64,000 bases of DNA, taken from contig CBFDCK010000003.1 of the NCBI GenBank assembly GCA_965603285.1, positions 5,799 through 69,798 on the forward strand, written 5' to 3'. The notes below the pieces were generated by a model. The model did not search any database. It was not told the origin of the DNA and worked only from the letters and a program-made list of their open reading frames with translations. The stretch is from an uncultured bacterium (GTDB taxonomy: Bacteria > Chloroflexota > Anaerolineae > Anaerolineales > UBA4823). The position numbers were made by a program, and so were the translations under genes. Below, piece by piece: positions 1-9,839 of this stretch (the first letter of the stretch is position 1; each line of letters starts with the position of its first letter).

Positions 1-506
1 AATATTGCGCCCATGCTGGCTCGTACCGCGCTGGGATGGTATGGGTCAATACCTTCATCTATCAGCAGCAGCCCGCTGGCTCCAACAGCGTCAATGGTGC
101 GCAGGATGGTGCCAAGGTTACCGGGGTCTTGAGGCGATACCAGGGCAACTCCCCAAGGGAAGTTGTGAGGTGCCAGATCTACCAATTTGCTCTCTAACTG
201 GCGGACAACTATCAATATGCCTTGCGGGTTTTCCTTTGCGGTTATTGAGGCGAATACATCAGTTGAAGTTGGATAACATGGAACACCGGAACTGGCCTGG
301 TTTTTTATTAAATTAAAAGCATATTCACTTTTAAGCATGTCGGGTGCATAGTAAATCGCTTCAATCTGTGCTCCAGATTCGACAGCTTCCCCCACATGAT
401 GGATTCCCTCGACCAGATACGTGCCAGTCTTCTGGCGCGTCTTGCGGTGTTTAAGAGCGCGGATAGATTTAATTTTTAGATTGCTGCGGCTGGTTATTTG
501 TGCCAC
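1..506 (-). CDS. TrmH/SpoU-family RNA 2'-O-methyltransferase, N-terminal part (runs off window start)
   Basis: Not in ORF track; manual translation from GTG at 506 gives MAQITSRSNLKIKSIRALKHRKTRQKTGTYLVEGIHHVGEA and, in the same frame at the window edge, DPYHPSAVRASMGAI, both typical TrmH motifs. Confidence 0.85.
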   Translation of the reverse strand, partial: MAQITSRSNLKIKSIRALKHRKTRQKTGTYLVEGIHHVGEAVESGAQIEAIYYAPDMLKSEYAFNLIKNQASSGVPCYPTSTDVFASITAKENPQGILIVVRQLESKLVDLAPHNFPWGVALVSPQDPGNLGTILRTIDAVGASGLLLIDEGIDPYHPSAVRASMGAI

Positions 507-522
507 CCTGGTCGGTTGCTGT

Positions 523-2199
523 TCAGGCACGACTGCGCGGCACCCAGGCTAGTATGGTTGTCCCCTGACTAGGATTGGATGTGATTTCTACATCGCCTCC
601 TACTTTGCGAGCACGCACGTGCATGTTGGAAAGACCGTGTCCCAGCGTTACACTCATCTTGCGCAGGTCAAAACCAATTCCATCGTCAGACACTTCCAGC
701 AGCACGCGCTCGCTGGCGGTCCATAAGTGTACTTCTGCATGCTTTGCACGGGAATGTTTGGCGATATTAGCTAAGGATTCTTGGCAAATATGGAAGAGGG
801 CAGTAGCATTGGCTGCCGGAAAGTCCACCATACCATTGTTGGGTCCAACCAGTGAAGCCGTAGTCCCAGAGTTGGCGCGAAATTCTTCCACTAAACGCTG
901 TAAGCCTTCCTTAAGGTCATCCCCGTGAAATTGGCGTGGTCTCAGGTCCAAGATGTAAGCTCGAATGTCGCGAATCGATTTGTTGAGGTCCTCGATCAAT
1001 TCTTCAATCTTGATTCGAGCGTGCTCTGGATCATCGTTGAGAGACATGCGCACGTAATCCAGAGCTAGACCAACCCCGTATATGGACTGGATGATGCCGT
1101 CGTGCAGATCCATCCCTATGCGCTCGCGCTCCTCGAGCACGGCAAGACGCCGGGATTGCCTGTTCAATCCGGCATTTTCGATCGATATTCCCGCCCATGT
1201 CCCGATATTAGCGAGCATGTGCAACCTGCGCTCGTCGAACTGCTGTTTGCGGCGTGTTGCTGCCGCCATCACCCCTATTACATTCCTCCCGGATATGAGG
1301 GGAATGAAGGCGATGCATTGAAAACCTGCCTTCAACACCGAGGAGCGCAGATAGCGCATATCCTCAGCCAGATTCGTGCTCACAATTATTTTCCCAGTTT
1401 CTGCAGCTCTTCCAAGGAAACCTTGACCGACTTGGAACCGGTCGCGGAATGAGAGGGTGTCGGAGAAATCGCCCCTGTGCATAACTAGTTGCAGCAATTT
1501 CTCCCCATCTTCACGCAGATAGATTTCACCTGACTCGACATCGAGGTAATCCATCACCAGTCCTATGGTCTTGTCAAGGATTTCGTCTACATCGAAAGAG
1601 CCCGTCAAAGCCGCGGCCACATCGTTGAGCAGCCTTAGGTCCTCGTTTCGCTGGGTCAATTCCCCTTCTCGCTGCAGCAATTCCTCATACATACGGGCGT
1701 TGTTAACGGCTACTGCGGCATAAGCTGCCAGGGTTTCAATAACGCTCTCATCTTGTTCGGTAAATTCGTGATGATCGATTTTATCAGCCAGATATAGCTG
1801 ACCCAGCATTTTATCCCCCAACATGATTGGCACGCCCAAGAAAGCGTGCATTTCTGGGTGGTTCGGCGGAAATCCACAGCTGCGAGGGTCTTCAGAGACT
1901 TCCGGAATGCGGACCGTTTCGCGTTCAGTACGAAATAGACCGAGCAAACCCTTGCCAACCGGTAATCGGGGTATGCGGTCGATTTCATCTTGAGTCATCC
2001 CAACCGGGATAAATTGACCCAGGTTGCCATCCTGGTCTAGAACCCCAAGTGCCGCATAGCGGGCCTCCACCTGCAGGCGGGCTATTTTCACAATGCGTTC
2101 CAGAACGGTCTCTGATGAAAGGTCGCTGACCAATTCGAGACTGGCATGATGTAATGCCGCTACCCGGTCTTCAAGTTGTTCGCGTGTTAACACCACCAA
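523..2199 (-). CDS. Double-GAF sensor histidine kinase (HisKA_3, DosS/NarX-like), soluble
   Basis: Two GAF-like segments (GFPPNHPEMHAFLGVPI; VGQGFLGRAA), H-box ERERIGMDLHDGIIQ, N-box QESLANIAKHS, DDGIGF and GHGLSNM boxes. Confidence 0.9.
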   Translation of the reverse strand: MVVLTREQLEDRVAALHHASLELVSDLSSETVLERIVKIARLQVEARYAALGVLDQDGNLGQFIPVGMTQDEIDRIPRLPVGKGLLGLFRTERETVRIPEVSEDPRSCGFPPNHPEMHAFLGVPIMLGDKMLGQLYLADKIDHHEFTEQDESVIETLAAYAAVAVNNARMYEELLQREGELTQRNEDLRLLNDVAAALTGSFDVDEILDKTIGLVMDYLDVESGEIYLREDGEKLLQLVMHRGDFSDTLSFRDRFQVGQGFLGRAAETGKIIVSTNLAEDMRYLRSSVLKAGFQCIAFIPLISGRNVIGVMAAATRRKQQFDERRLHMLANIGTWAGISIENAGLNRQSRRLAVLEERERIGMDLHDGIIQSIYGVGLALDYVRMSLNDDPEHARIKIEELIEDLNKSIRDIRAYILDLRPRQFHGDDLKEGLQRLVEEFRANSGTTASLVGPNNGMVDFPAANATALFHICQESLANIAKHSRAKHAEVHLWTASERVLLEVSDDGIGFDLRKMSVTLGHGLSNMHVRARKVGGDVEITSNPSQGTTILAWVPRSRA

Positions 2200-2390
2200 T
2201 CATTAAACCTCATCGCCACCCAATTTTACCCCATTTTGTACGAGTTTGATAGTTTTTGCCAGTTTTGCCGAGATATAAATGCGGCGGTGAAGTAAGGGAG
2301 AAGACATAAGGGAGTGCGCGTGCTAGGGTGCAGGGGGACCGTATTGAGTTCCTAGCTCGATATCTCCTATTATTAGGAAAAAGAGGAATT

Positions 2391-3698
2391 ATGACAGAAC
2401 ACTCATCGGGTTCACGGATACCTGGTTTTTATAATTTTAATCTTGAGGAGCGGCTGACAGAAATAGCACGCAGAAGCGATTTATCTGCAGGTGATATAGC
2501 CATACTCAAGGGAGACACATCTTTAACCCTTGATCAGGCTGATCACATGATTGAAAACGTGGTCGGTTTATTCTCTTTACCGCTAGGAATCGCCCTCAAC
2601 TTTGTGGTGAATGGTCGTGAGGTGCTGGTACCAATGGCTGTTGAAGAGCCCTCGGTTGTGGCAGGTGCATCCTTTATGGCGAAATTGGTTCGTACAGGCG
2701 GCGGGTTCCTTGCCGATTCTACTGCGCCTGAGATGATCGCCCAAATACAAGTGTTGGATGTTCCCGACCTTGATTCAGCCCGCAAGAAAATTCTTGAAGG
2801 CAAAGATCGTTTGTTGTCTGAATCTGCCCAAGTTGACCCATTGCTTATTAAGTTGGGCGGCGGTCCTCGTGACCTGGAGGTGCGCATAATTCAAGATTCG
2901 CCGATCGGACCCTTCCTGGTTCTGCATCTGATCTACGACGTCCGCGATGCCATGGGCGCCAATGCTGTCAATACGGCTGCCGAACGAATAGCGCCGACAA
3001 TTGAAGAACTCACTGGTGGACGAACGCTTTTGCGAATACTGTCTAATCTAGCCGACCGGCGTCTAGCACGCGCCAGCTGCACAATCCCGCTTTCGAAGCT
3101 GGCTTTTGGCGACTATTCAGGCACAGAAGTGCGCGATGGAATTATTGCTGCCTGGGCTTTTGCCGATTCGGATCCTTACCGGGCCGCGACCCACAATAAG
3201 GGCATAATGAACGGGGTGGATGCGGTCGTGATCGCTACCGGTAATGATTGGCGTGCAATTGAAGCCGGTGCACATGCCTATGCGGCTAGAAACGGTACTT
3301 ACACTTCCTTGAGCAGCTGGGGTTGCGACGAGGGTGGCAACCTGATTGGTTCTCTGGAGATGCCGATGGCAGTCGGGATCGTAGGTGGTGCCACAAAAGT
3401 CCATCCAACCGCTGCTGTAGCTTTGAAACTGATGGGAGTGGACACTGCCAGCCAGTTAGGGGAGATCATTGTTTCTGTCGGTCTGGCACAGAACCTGGCC
3501 GCATTGCGCGCCCTGGCAACAGAGGGTATCCAACGCGGCCATATGAACCTGCACGCCCGGCAGGTTGCCATTGCAGCAGGTGCGGAGGGTGATATAATCG
3601 ACCGCCTTGCGGAGCAGTTGGCGACCGAAAATTCGGTGCGTGTGGATCGAGCGGAGGAGATATTGAAGGAGTGGAGGAATAATGGAACAGGTGATTAG
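2391..3698 (+). CDS. mvaA: HMG-CoA reductase, class II
   Basis: ENVVG, PMAVEEPSVVA, DAMGAN, ATHNKGIMNG, GIQRGHMNLH motifs; ATG 2391 follows an AGAGGA RBS. Confidence 0.95.
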   Translation: MTEHSSGSRIPGFYNFNLEERLTEIARRSDLSAGDIAILKGDTSLTLDQADHMIENVVGLFSLPLGIALNFVVNGREVLVPMAVEEPSVVAGASFMAKLVRTGGGFLADSTAPEMIAQIQVLDVPDLDSARKKILEGKDRLLSESAQVDPLLIKLGGGPRDLEVRIIQDSPIGPFLVLHLIYDVRDAMGANAVNTAAERIAPTIEELTGGRTLLRILSNLADRRLARASCTIPLSKLAFGDYSGTEVRDGIIAAWAFADSDPYRAATHNKGIMNGVDAVVIATGNDWRAIEAGAHAYAARNGTYTSLSSWGCDEGGNLIGSLEMPMAVGIVGGATKVHPTAAVALKLMGVDTASQLGEIIVSVGLAQNLAALRALATEGIQRGHMNLHARQVAIAAGAEGDIIDRLAEQLATENSVRVDRAEEILKEWRNNGTGD

Positions 3699-3728
3699 GA
3701 CAAAGGTGATAAGGAAATAGGTGATTAT
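3683..3728. repeat. Three degenerate ~15-bp purine-rich tandem repeats (GGANNAGGTGATWA-like)
   Basis: ggaacaggtgatta / ggacaaaggtgataa / ggaaataggtgatta across the mvaA stop and HMGCS start. Confidence 0.55.
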
Positions 3729-4791
3729 GGCTGAAAACATTTTACTGAAACCAACCCATCCGGTTGGGATCGTCGGGTATGGCGCATATGTGCCGCGCTA
3801 TCGGCTGCCGGCAACTGAGGTATCGCGTGTTTGGACCGATGGTAAAGGCGGCATTCCGATCAAGGAGAAAGCTGTTCCGGGACTGGACGAAGATGTGGTG
3901 ACGATGTCAATCGAAGCTGCCCGTAATGCCTTGGGTCGAGCGGGCATCGATCCCACCGAGATACGCGCCGTGTGGGTAGGTTCGGAATCTCATCCTTATG
4001 CGGTCAAACCGACCTCAACTCTGGTGGCTGAGGCGATTGGCGCAGTTCCAAATGTCCAGGCCGCTGATTGGGAGTTCGCATGCAAAGCCGGAACAGAGGC
4101 GATGGTGGCTGCTATAGGTTTTGTTGGTTCGCAGATGGCTCACTACGCTATGGCTGTAGGAATGGATACCGCCCAGGGTAAGCCGGGAGATGCATTGGAA
4201 TACACAGCCGGTGCAGGAGGGGCTGCTTATCTGCTCGGACCGGCGGAAGAATCGCTGGCAGTGATCGATCACACCTATTCGTTTGTCACGGACACACCCG
4301 ATTTCTGGCGGCGGGCTTACCAAAAGTATCCCGAACACGGACAGCGCTTTACAGGTGACCCAGCTTATTTTAAACACATCTACGAGGCCGGAAGTGCGCT
4401 CCTGGAAGCTACGGATACTACGCCCGTGGATTATAAGTACGCCGTCTTCCACCAACCCAATACAAAGTTTCCTCAGCGGGTTGGTGCTATGCTGGGGTTC
4501 AGCAAGGAGCAGATCGAGACGGGTCTGCTTGTTCCGGTGATTGGTAACACCTACGCAGGTTCTGCCATAATCGGTCTTACAGCTGTGCTGGATGTCGCTG
4601 AACCTGATGATCGCATCATGATGGTTTCCTTTGGATCTGGAGCCGGTTCCGACGCCTTCGCGATCACAGTCACGGATGCTATCCTAGAAAGGCGCAATCA
4701 GGCGCCTCGCACACAGGATTACATTGCACGCCGGACCGAGATCGACTACGCAACCTACGCCCGCATGCGCGGCAAATTGGTGGTGAAATAG
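3727..4791 (+). CDS. mvaS: HMG-CoA synthase, archaeal type
   Basis: [11 protein letters not shown], catalytic [38 protein letters not shown]. Confidence 0.92.
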   Translation: MAENILLKPTHPVGIVGYGAYVPRYRLPATEVSRVWTDGKGGIPIKEKAVPGLDEDVVTMSIEAARNALGRAGIDPTEIRAVWVGSESHPYAVKPTSTLVAEAIGAVPNVQAADWEFACKAGTEAMVAAIGFVGSQMAHYAMAVGMDTAQGKPGDALEYTAGAGGAAYLLGPAEESLAVIDHTYSFVTDTPDFWRRAYQKYPEHGQRFTGDPAYFKHIYEAGSALLEATDTTPVDYKYAVFHQPNTKFPQRVGAMLGFSKEQIETGLLVPVIGNTYAGSAIIGLTAVLDVAEPDDRIMMVSFGSGAGSDAFAITVTDAILERRNQAPRTQDYIARRTEIDYATYARMRGKLVVK

Positions 4792-4920
4792 GGATTAAGG
4801 AATAGCGGATAAGGGAACAGGGAAAATGTATCAGTTACAAGGAACAGAGGTTATTGCGATTGATGTTGGAGAAATTTTTCTAATTCCTAATTCCTGATTA
4901 CTTTCTTTATTGGAGGAATA

Positions 4921-6081
4921 ATGACCGAAGTTGTTATTGCTGGTATCGGGCAGACGCCCGTTGGTGAACACTGGAATTTATCATTGCGTGAATTAACCCT
5001 GATGGCAATTGAAGCGGTTCAACAGGACAGTGTGGGACTGCAGCCGCAGGCGCTCTTTGTGGGCAACATGCTGGCTGCCCGCCTTTCCAGGCAGGCGCAC
5101 CTCGGAACACTGGTCGCAGATTTTGCGGGACTGACGGGCATCGAAGCAGTTACCATCGAGGCGGCAGGTGCCTCAGGCGGCGCTGCTTTACGAGCTGGTT
5201 TTACGAGCGTGCTTTCAGGTCAAGCCGACGTTGCTATGGTGGTCGGAATTGAAAAATTCACAGACCAAATTGGGACTTCGGTGGAGGAATCCCTGGGTAC
5301 CTTGTCAGATAGCGACTACGAAGCTGCTCAAGGTCTGACCTCTGCTGCTCAGGCGGCGTTGCTTATGCGCCGTTACATGCATGAGTTCGATGCGCCCCGC
5401 GAAGCGTTTGGCGGGTTTCCATTGACGGCTCACGCTAATGGCGTTGGCAATCCCAATGCAATGTTCCGTAAAGCCATCAAAGCCGAACTGTACAACCGCG
5501 CTGGGATGGTGAGTGAACCGCTCAACATGTTTGATGTCGCCCCCAATGCAGACGGCGCTGCGGCGCTGATCCTGACCCGTCCGGAATTACTGCCGCCGGA
5601 ATTCCCCCATCCATTGGTGCGCATCTCCGGCTCCAGCATTGTAACGGACACATTGGCTCTGCACGACCGCCCAGACCCGTTATCTTTTCATGCAGCGCGC
5701 CTTTCGGTGGAACGGGCTTGTAAACAAGCCGGGATCACGCCTCAGCAGATCGATCTGTTTGAGCTGTGGGACTCTTATTCGATTTACGCAGCCTTATCGT
5801 TGGAGGCAGCCGGATACGCAGTACGCGGTCAGGGATGGCAGTTAGCCCGCAACGGTAGGATCAGCTTAGGAGGTGAGCTTCCGGTGAGCACCATGGGAGG
5901 CCTAAAAGCGCGCGGCAATCCCGGGGGAGCGAGCGGCGTCTATCAGGTTGTTGAAGCGGTGCTGCAGTTACGCGGTCAGGCTGGCAACAATCAGATCACC
6001 GGTGCGAAGCGCGCTATGGTGCAGTGCCTGGGCGGACCCGCATCCACCGCCGCAACGCATGTGCTCGAAACTGTAAGTTAA
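4921..6081 (+). CDS. Thiolase-fold protein (archaeal/SCP2-like) with degenerate catalytic motifs
   Basis: Thiolase layout (GIGQTP, DGAAALIL, GGLKARG.P.GASG..Q..E...QLRG) but EAAGASGG, ELWDSY and GNPGG replace EAACASG, E.HDCF and GHP.G. Confidence 0.85.
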   Translation: MTEVVIAGIGQTPVGEHWNLSLRELTLMAIEAVQQDSVGLQPQALFVGNMLAARLSRQAHLGTLVADFAGLTGIEAVTIEAAGASGGAALRAGFTSVLSGQADVAMVVGIEKFTDQIGTSVEESLGTLSDSDYEAAQGLTSAAQAALLMRRYMHEFDAPREAFGGFPLTAHANGVGNPNAMFRKAIKAELYNRAGMVSEPLNMFDVAPNADGAAALILTRPELLPPEFPHPLVRISGSSIVTDTLALHDRPDPLSFHAARLSVERACKQAGITPQQIDLFELWDSYSIYAALSLEAAGYAVRGQGWQLARNGRISLGGELPVSTMGGLKARGNPGGASGVYQVVEAVLQLRGQAGNNQITGAKRAMVQCLGGPASTAATHVLETVS

Positions 6082-6391
6082 TTCGAGTTGCAATAATTGG
6101 ATGGTGTTTACACTCATACGAAGTGGTTGAAGGTTTACCATAGAGTATGCAGATTCAACAGAAATTTCTTAATTTTTCTCTGTGATCGTTGTGATCTTTG
6201 AGGTAAAAAATATTAAACACCCATTAGAAATCCGAAGTATAAAGGCGGTAGTAGGCAAAGTTGAGCTGGTATTAATGGTTTAATCATAAGATTTTACAAG
6301 GTTGATAGTTCTTGATAGATTCGATTAGCTATACTCGTGTTTACAAAGTTTTTGACATCACACGCAGCATCACTAAAAGGAGATCAAAAAT

Positions 6392-6805
6392 ATGGAAATT
6401 ACCCCCCATTGGAGATTAAAGAAACAACGTTACAATCTGGTCGGTGAAACATGCCCCCACTGTGGCGTAAAGCTGTTTCCACCCCGCGATATTTGCCCCG
6501 AATGCGGGCAGGAAGCCAAGAACCTTTACAATTTCAGCGGCAAAGGTGAAGTTTATTCCTACACAACCGTTTATGATCCACCTGCTGGATACGAGGAATA
6601 CACTCCTTACACGGTGGCATTAGTCAAGCTTGAGGAAGGTCCACTGGTTACGGCTCAGTTAACCGACGTTGGTCAAACCCCGGTCGAAATCGGCACTCCG
6701 GTGGAAATGGTCACACGCAAGCTGCGCCAGGACGGTGATGAGCGCGGTTTATTGGTATATGGATACAAGTTTCGACCGGTGCTTGAGAGACAACTGGCTC
6801 AATAG
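6392..6805 (+). CDS. DUF35/ChsH2 Zn-ribbon + OB-fold scaffold protein
   Basis: CPHCG..FPPR.ICPECG Zn ribbon, G.VYSYT, ALVKLEEG, YGYKFRP. Confidence 0.92.
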   Translation: MEITPHWRLKKQRYNLVGETCPHCGVKLFPPRDICPECGQEAKNLYNFSGKGEVYSYTTVYDPPAGYEEYTPYTVALVKLEEGPLVTAQLTDVGQTPVEIGTPVEMVTRKLRQDGDERGLLVYGYKFRPVLERQLAQ

Positions 6806-6830
6806 ATCGTCAGATTAATAAATAATTGAT

Positions 6831-6862
6831 CCTCCCATAGAATGGTTATGGGAGGTTTTTTT
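6831..6862 (+). terminator. Intrinsic terminator of mevalonate operon
   Basis: cctcccata-gaatggt-tatgggagg followed by T7. Confidence 0.85.
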
Positions 6863-6938
6863 ATGTGTAGATTGTACGGTTGAATTCAAAGTGATGACAG
6901 TCCTTGATGGTTCATCAATTGTTCTGCTGCTGGATCAA

Positions 6939-8186
6939 CTAATTGGCATCTAGTGTTTCACCGGGAGGATTACCTGTCAACAAGGCTGATTCTTTGAGCC
7001 TCATGGAGAGAAACACACCAATAAGCATAAGACCGACGAGCACAAGCAGTGACGATGTCATAGTTCCCGTCTCAGGGTTCTTGAAGCTATCCATTCCAAT
7101 AATAAAAATAATGCCTGAGATTTGCCCTATAAGCAAAAGCAAACCGTTTGAGGTGCCTTCTGGCGCTGGAAAAGCAACTTCTGCCCCATACTGAAAGCCA
7201 ATAGGACCTGCACTCAGCAGGAAAAAACCGGTAAAGAAGGAGGCTCCTACCAGTAGAGCGTAATTAACGGCAAATGTTATACCAAGCATGCCAAAACTTG
7301 CGGCAGCCAAAGCCAGGATGATAAAGGGGACTCTTTTGCGGTAGCGGTCCGATAACGAAGGCAAGATAACTGCTCCTACAACTCCTCCCATGACCATCGC
7401 ACCACCCACGATTCCGGCTTGTATGATTGAGAACCCTCTTGGTCTCAGAATATCTTCAATCCAGGTCGCTAAACCATTGAAAGTTCCAAGTCCAATAAAA
7501 AAGATCACCATCAATAGGATGAAATTTTTATTCCGCAATGTTTGCTTGAAGCCATCGAAAACCAGGGATCGTTCAATTTGGTCGGGAGAACACGCCGGCG
7601 TTGGAGGGTGCTCCCTGGAGAAAATCAGAAATATGGCTGCCGCGATCACTGATACAATCCCATAGATTAGAAGCATGCTGCTGATACTGAAATGGATAAC
7701 GAGAAAAGGGGTGAGTGCCAGTCCTAAAACGATGCCAAGGTACATAGCCAGGGTTCCAAAACCTGATGCGGTCGCTCGTTCTTGGATTGGAAACCAGCGA
7801 GCAGCCACTGTGGTTATTGCGTTTAAAATGAATGGCTGTCCAATAGCTATTCCGATTTGAGAAACAAGTACCAGTGTGTAGTTGTCTGCCAGCAAGCCGC
7901 GCGATAATCCAAAAAGACCAGTCAGCACTGCCCCAATTCCCACTGCAACACGGAATCCATATGTATCGATAGTCCATGAAGCGGGTATCGACACGAAGAT
8001 ATAGACAATCATGAAACTCATGGATAGCAGACCGATGCTGAGGTCAGAGACATCATAGAAGCTTGCGGCAATGCCAGTGACAGAAGCAAATGTTATCCAT
8101 AGGAGTTGATTGACGACGACGACCGACATGAACGCAATCAGAACGACCCACCGGTAACTATATATTTTGAAATTCTCTTGTTTCAT
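6939..8186 (-). CDS. MFS transporter (FLVCR-like)
   Basis: YRWVVL start, ~12 hydrophobic segments, WFPIQERATA, LSDRYRKR motif A-like loop. Confidence 0.88.
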   Translation of the reverse strand: MKQENFKIYSYRWVVLIAFMSVVVVNQLLWITFASVTGIAASFYDVSDLSIGLLSMSFMIVYIFVSIPASWTIDTYGFRVAVGIGAVLTGLFGLSRGLLADNYTLVLVSQIGIAIGQPFILNAITTVAARWFPIQERATASGFGTLAMYLGIVLGLALTPFLVIHFSISSMLLIYGIVSVIAAAIFLIFSREHPPTPACSPDQIERSLVFDGFKQTLRNKNFILLMVIFFIGLGTFNGLATWIEDILRPRGFSIIQAGIVGGAMVMGGVVGAVILPSLSDRYRKRVPFIILALAAASFGMLGITFAVNYALLVGASFFTGFFLLSAGPIGFQYGAEVAFPAPEGTSNGLLLLIGQISGIIFIIGMDSFKNPETGTMTSSLLVLVGLMLIGVFLSMRLKESALLTGNPPGETLDAN

Positions 8187-8208
8187 TCGATCTACCTTCT
8201 CCCTCGCC

Positions 8209-9090
8209 TCAACCGCTGGGCAACTGTGAAATTCTATCGAATTCTTCCCTCAACCTTTTGTATGCTCCATCCAACTCTTCTGCTTTGTTAGTTGCATTCC
8301 TAAAGTGAATATCGTAAAAAGTCTGCCAATTATTATCTACCTCGTGGAACCGCTGAGACAGTCTGGCAATGTCATTCCTAATATTCTCTGCTTGCTCGGA
8401 GAGTCTTCTTGCATGAACTCCGGCTTTTATCAGCTCAATTTTGTGCGACAGGGTCAGAGGTGAAACTGCCTGAACTCCTTTTGAAGTATAGATCCGGAGG
8501 GTTTCGTAAGCGTCCGTCACCAGGAAGTAATAAACGCTTTCAGAAGGAATAAAGGCAAAAGCAAACTCTGCAGACCCCTGTTCTGGACATACGTAATCAT
8601 CAGCGATTTTGTCGAGATGGTAGCGGACATTTCTTAGGAATTGCTTCTTTAGCCTCTCCCTTTCCTGCGAGTCTTCCGCTTCTAACATCAATCGATAGTT
8701 GTCAAGTGGGAACTTGGAATCAATGCAAATAGTCCCCACAGTTGACTTGATATAGGCATCGGGAATCTTCCCGTCAAGGATTTTTTCTCTGATGCCGAAC
8801 ATATCTGCAGGAAGTTGATCAGAGAGAATCTGCTCCAACGCCATCTCGCCCAGAGAAGCCCTTCCCACGGGCACTCGCAGCATTTGATCAAGGGCTCTGT
8901 AGTCGTTTCTGATGTCCTCTGCATAGGTCGTAAGTCTTCCTATCTTCTCGTCCAAGCCCGATTCTTGCCAAACACTGGAAATGGCTAATTCAATATCCTT
9001 TGGTTTGACTCGTCCTCTCTTAATAACCAAGTAAACTAATACAAGTAGAAGTCCTATGACAACTGTAAGCAATACATTGGTTATGGTCAT
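8209..9090 (-). CDS. rmuC: RmuC-family protein
   Basis: N-terminal TM helix, R..LGE..LE.IL, PD...IDSKFPL nuclease-like motif, FAFAFIPSESVY, coiled-coil C-terminus. Confidence 0.85.
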   Translation of the reverse strand: MTITNVLLTVVIGLLLVLVYLVIKRGRVKPKDIELAISSVWQESGLDEKIGRLTTYAEDIRNDYRALDQMLRVPVGRASLGEMALEQILSDQLPADMFGIREKILDGKIPDAYIKSTVGTICIDSKFPLDNYRLMLEAEDSQERERLKKQFLRNVRYHLDKIADDYVCPEQGSAEFAFAFIPSESVYYFLVTDAYETLRIYTSKGVQAVSPLTLSHKIELIKAGVHARRLSEQAENIRNDIARLSQRFHEVDNNWQTFYDIHFRNATNKAEELDGAYKRLREEFDRISQLPSG

Positions 9091-9167
9091 CCCAAAACCA
9101 CCTTTTTAAATGTTAGCTTTTAAATATCCTATAGATTGACATTTGTAAGATTTTCATTAAAAACCTT

Positions 9168-9839
9168 TCATTTTCTGGTTGCCTCTTCAAAGGAGATAAT
9201 CGCCTGTCTAGTGAGTTCATTTTCAAACAAGTCTTCGATTATTTTTGGCAGGAGCGTAAAAGTGTTCAACCCCCTTTCGGCGAGTGTTTTTAGATCAGCC
9301 GTTTGACGGATGCTGGCGACCAATAACCGCAGAGGGCTGTCCATCGCGGCAACAATCCGCCCCATACTGGTCACTTCCTCAATCCCATTCAACCCGGCGT
9401 CCGTCATCCGTCCCAGATATGGCGCCGCGTAATCGGCACCCAACGCAATCGCGATCAATACCTGCTGGGCTGAATGAACAGCTGTCATGGTCACATTGGA
9501 CCCTTCCGCAATCAGCTTTCGTGCACACAGAATCCCTGCTGGAGTGATCGGTACCTTCACCATCACACGCTGGTCGATCCTTGCCAATTCACGTCCTATC
9601 TTCAGTATTTGCTCCATCTCACAACCCCACGCCTGTAAGTGGATCTCGTTGGCGCCCAGTTCAAAAGCCGTCTGCGCCAATTTTGCAAGCCGATCGATCG
9701 TGAAACCTATCCCTGTCTGATTCAGCAGTTTTGGGTTGGTGGTTACGCCGTAAAAGATGCCTGTCGGGAGATAATGCTGCCAATCTTTTTCTTCTGCGCT
9801 GTCCACATACAATCTCAAGCCTGAGGATGTGCTAACCAT
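9168..9839 (-). CDS. Fructose-6-phosphate aldolase / transaldolase family (FSA-like)
   Basis: LYVDSA, GVTTNP, Schiff-base MVKVP, HLQAW and YAAPYLGR (Gln/Tyr pair typical of FSA); ATG 9839 with GGAG RBS. Confidence 0.8.
   Translation of the reverse strand: MVSTSSGLRLYVDSAEEKDWQHYLPTGIFYGVTTNPKLLNQTGIGFTIDRLAKLAQTAFELGANEIHLQAWGCEMEQILKIGRELARIDQRVMVKVPITPAGILCARKLIAEGSNVTMTAVHSAQQVLIAIALGADYAAPYLGRMTDAGLNGIEEVTSMGRIVAAMDSPLRLLVASIRQTADLKTLAERGLNTFTLLPKIIEDLFENELTRQAIISFEEATRK

Noticed and set aside
5-316. 103-aa plus-strand ORF
   Set aside because: Antisense to the TrmH-family gene; no recognisable motifs
6134-6208. Imperfect inverted repeat (tttacc...ggtaaa) in the thiolase-DUF35 gap
   Set aside because: Too degenerate to call a riboswitch, REP or MITE by eye
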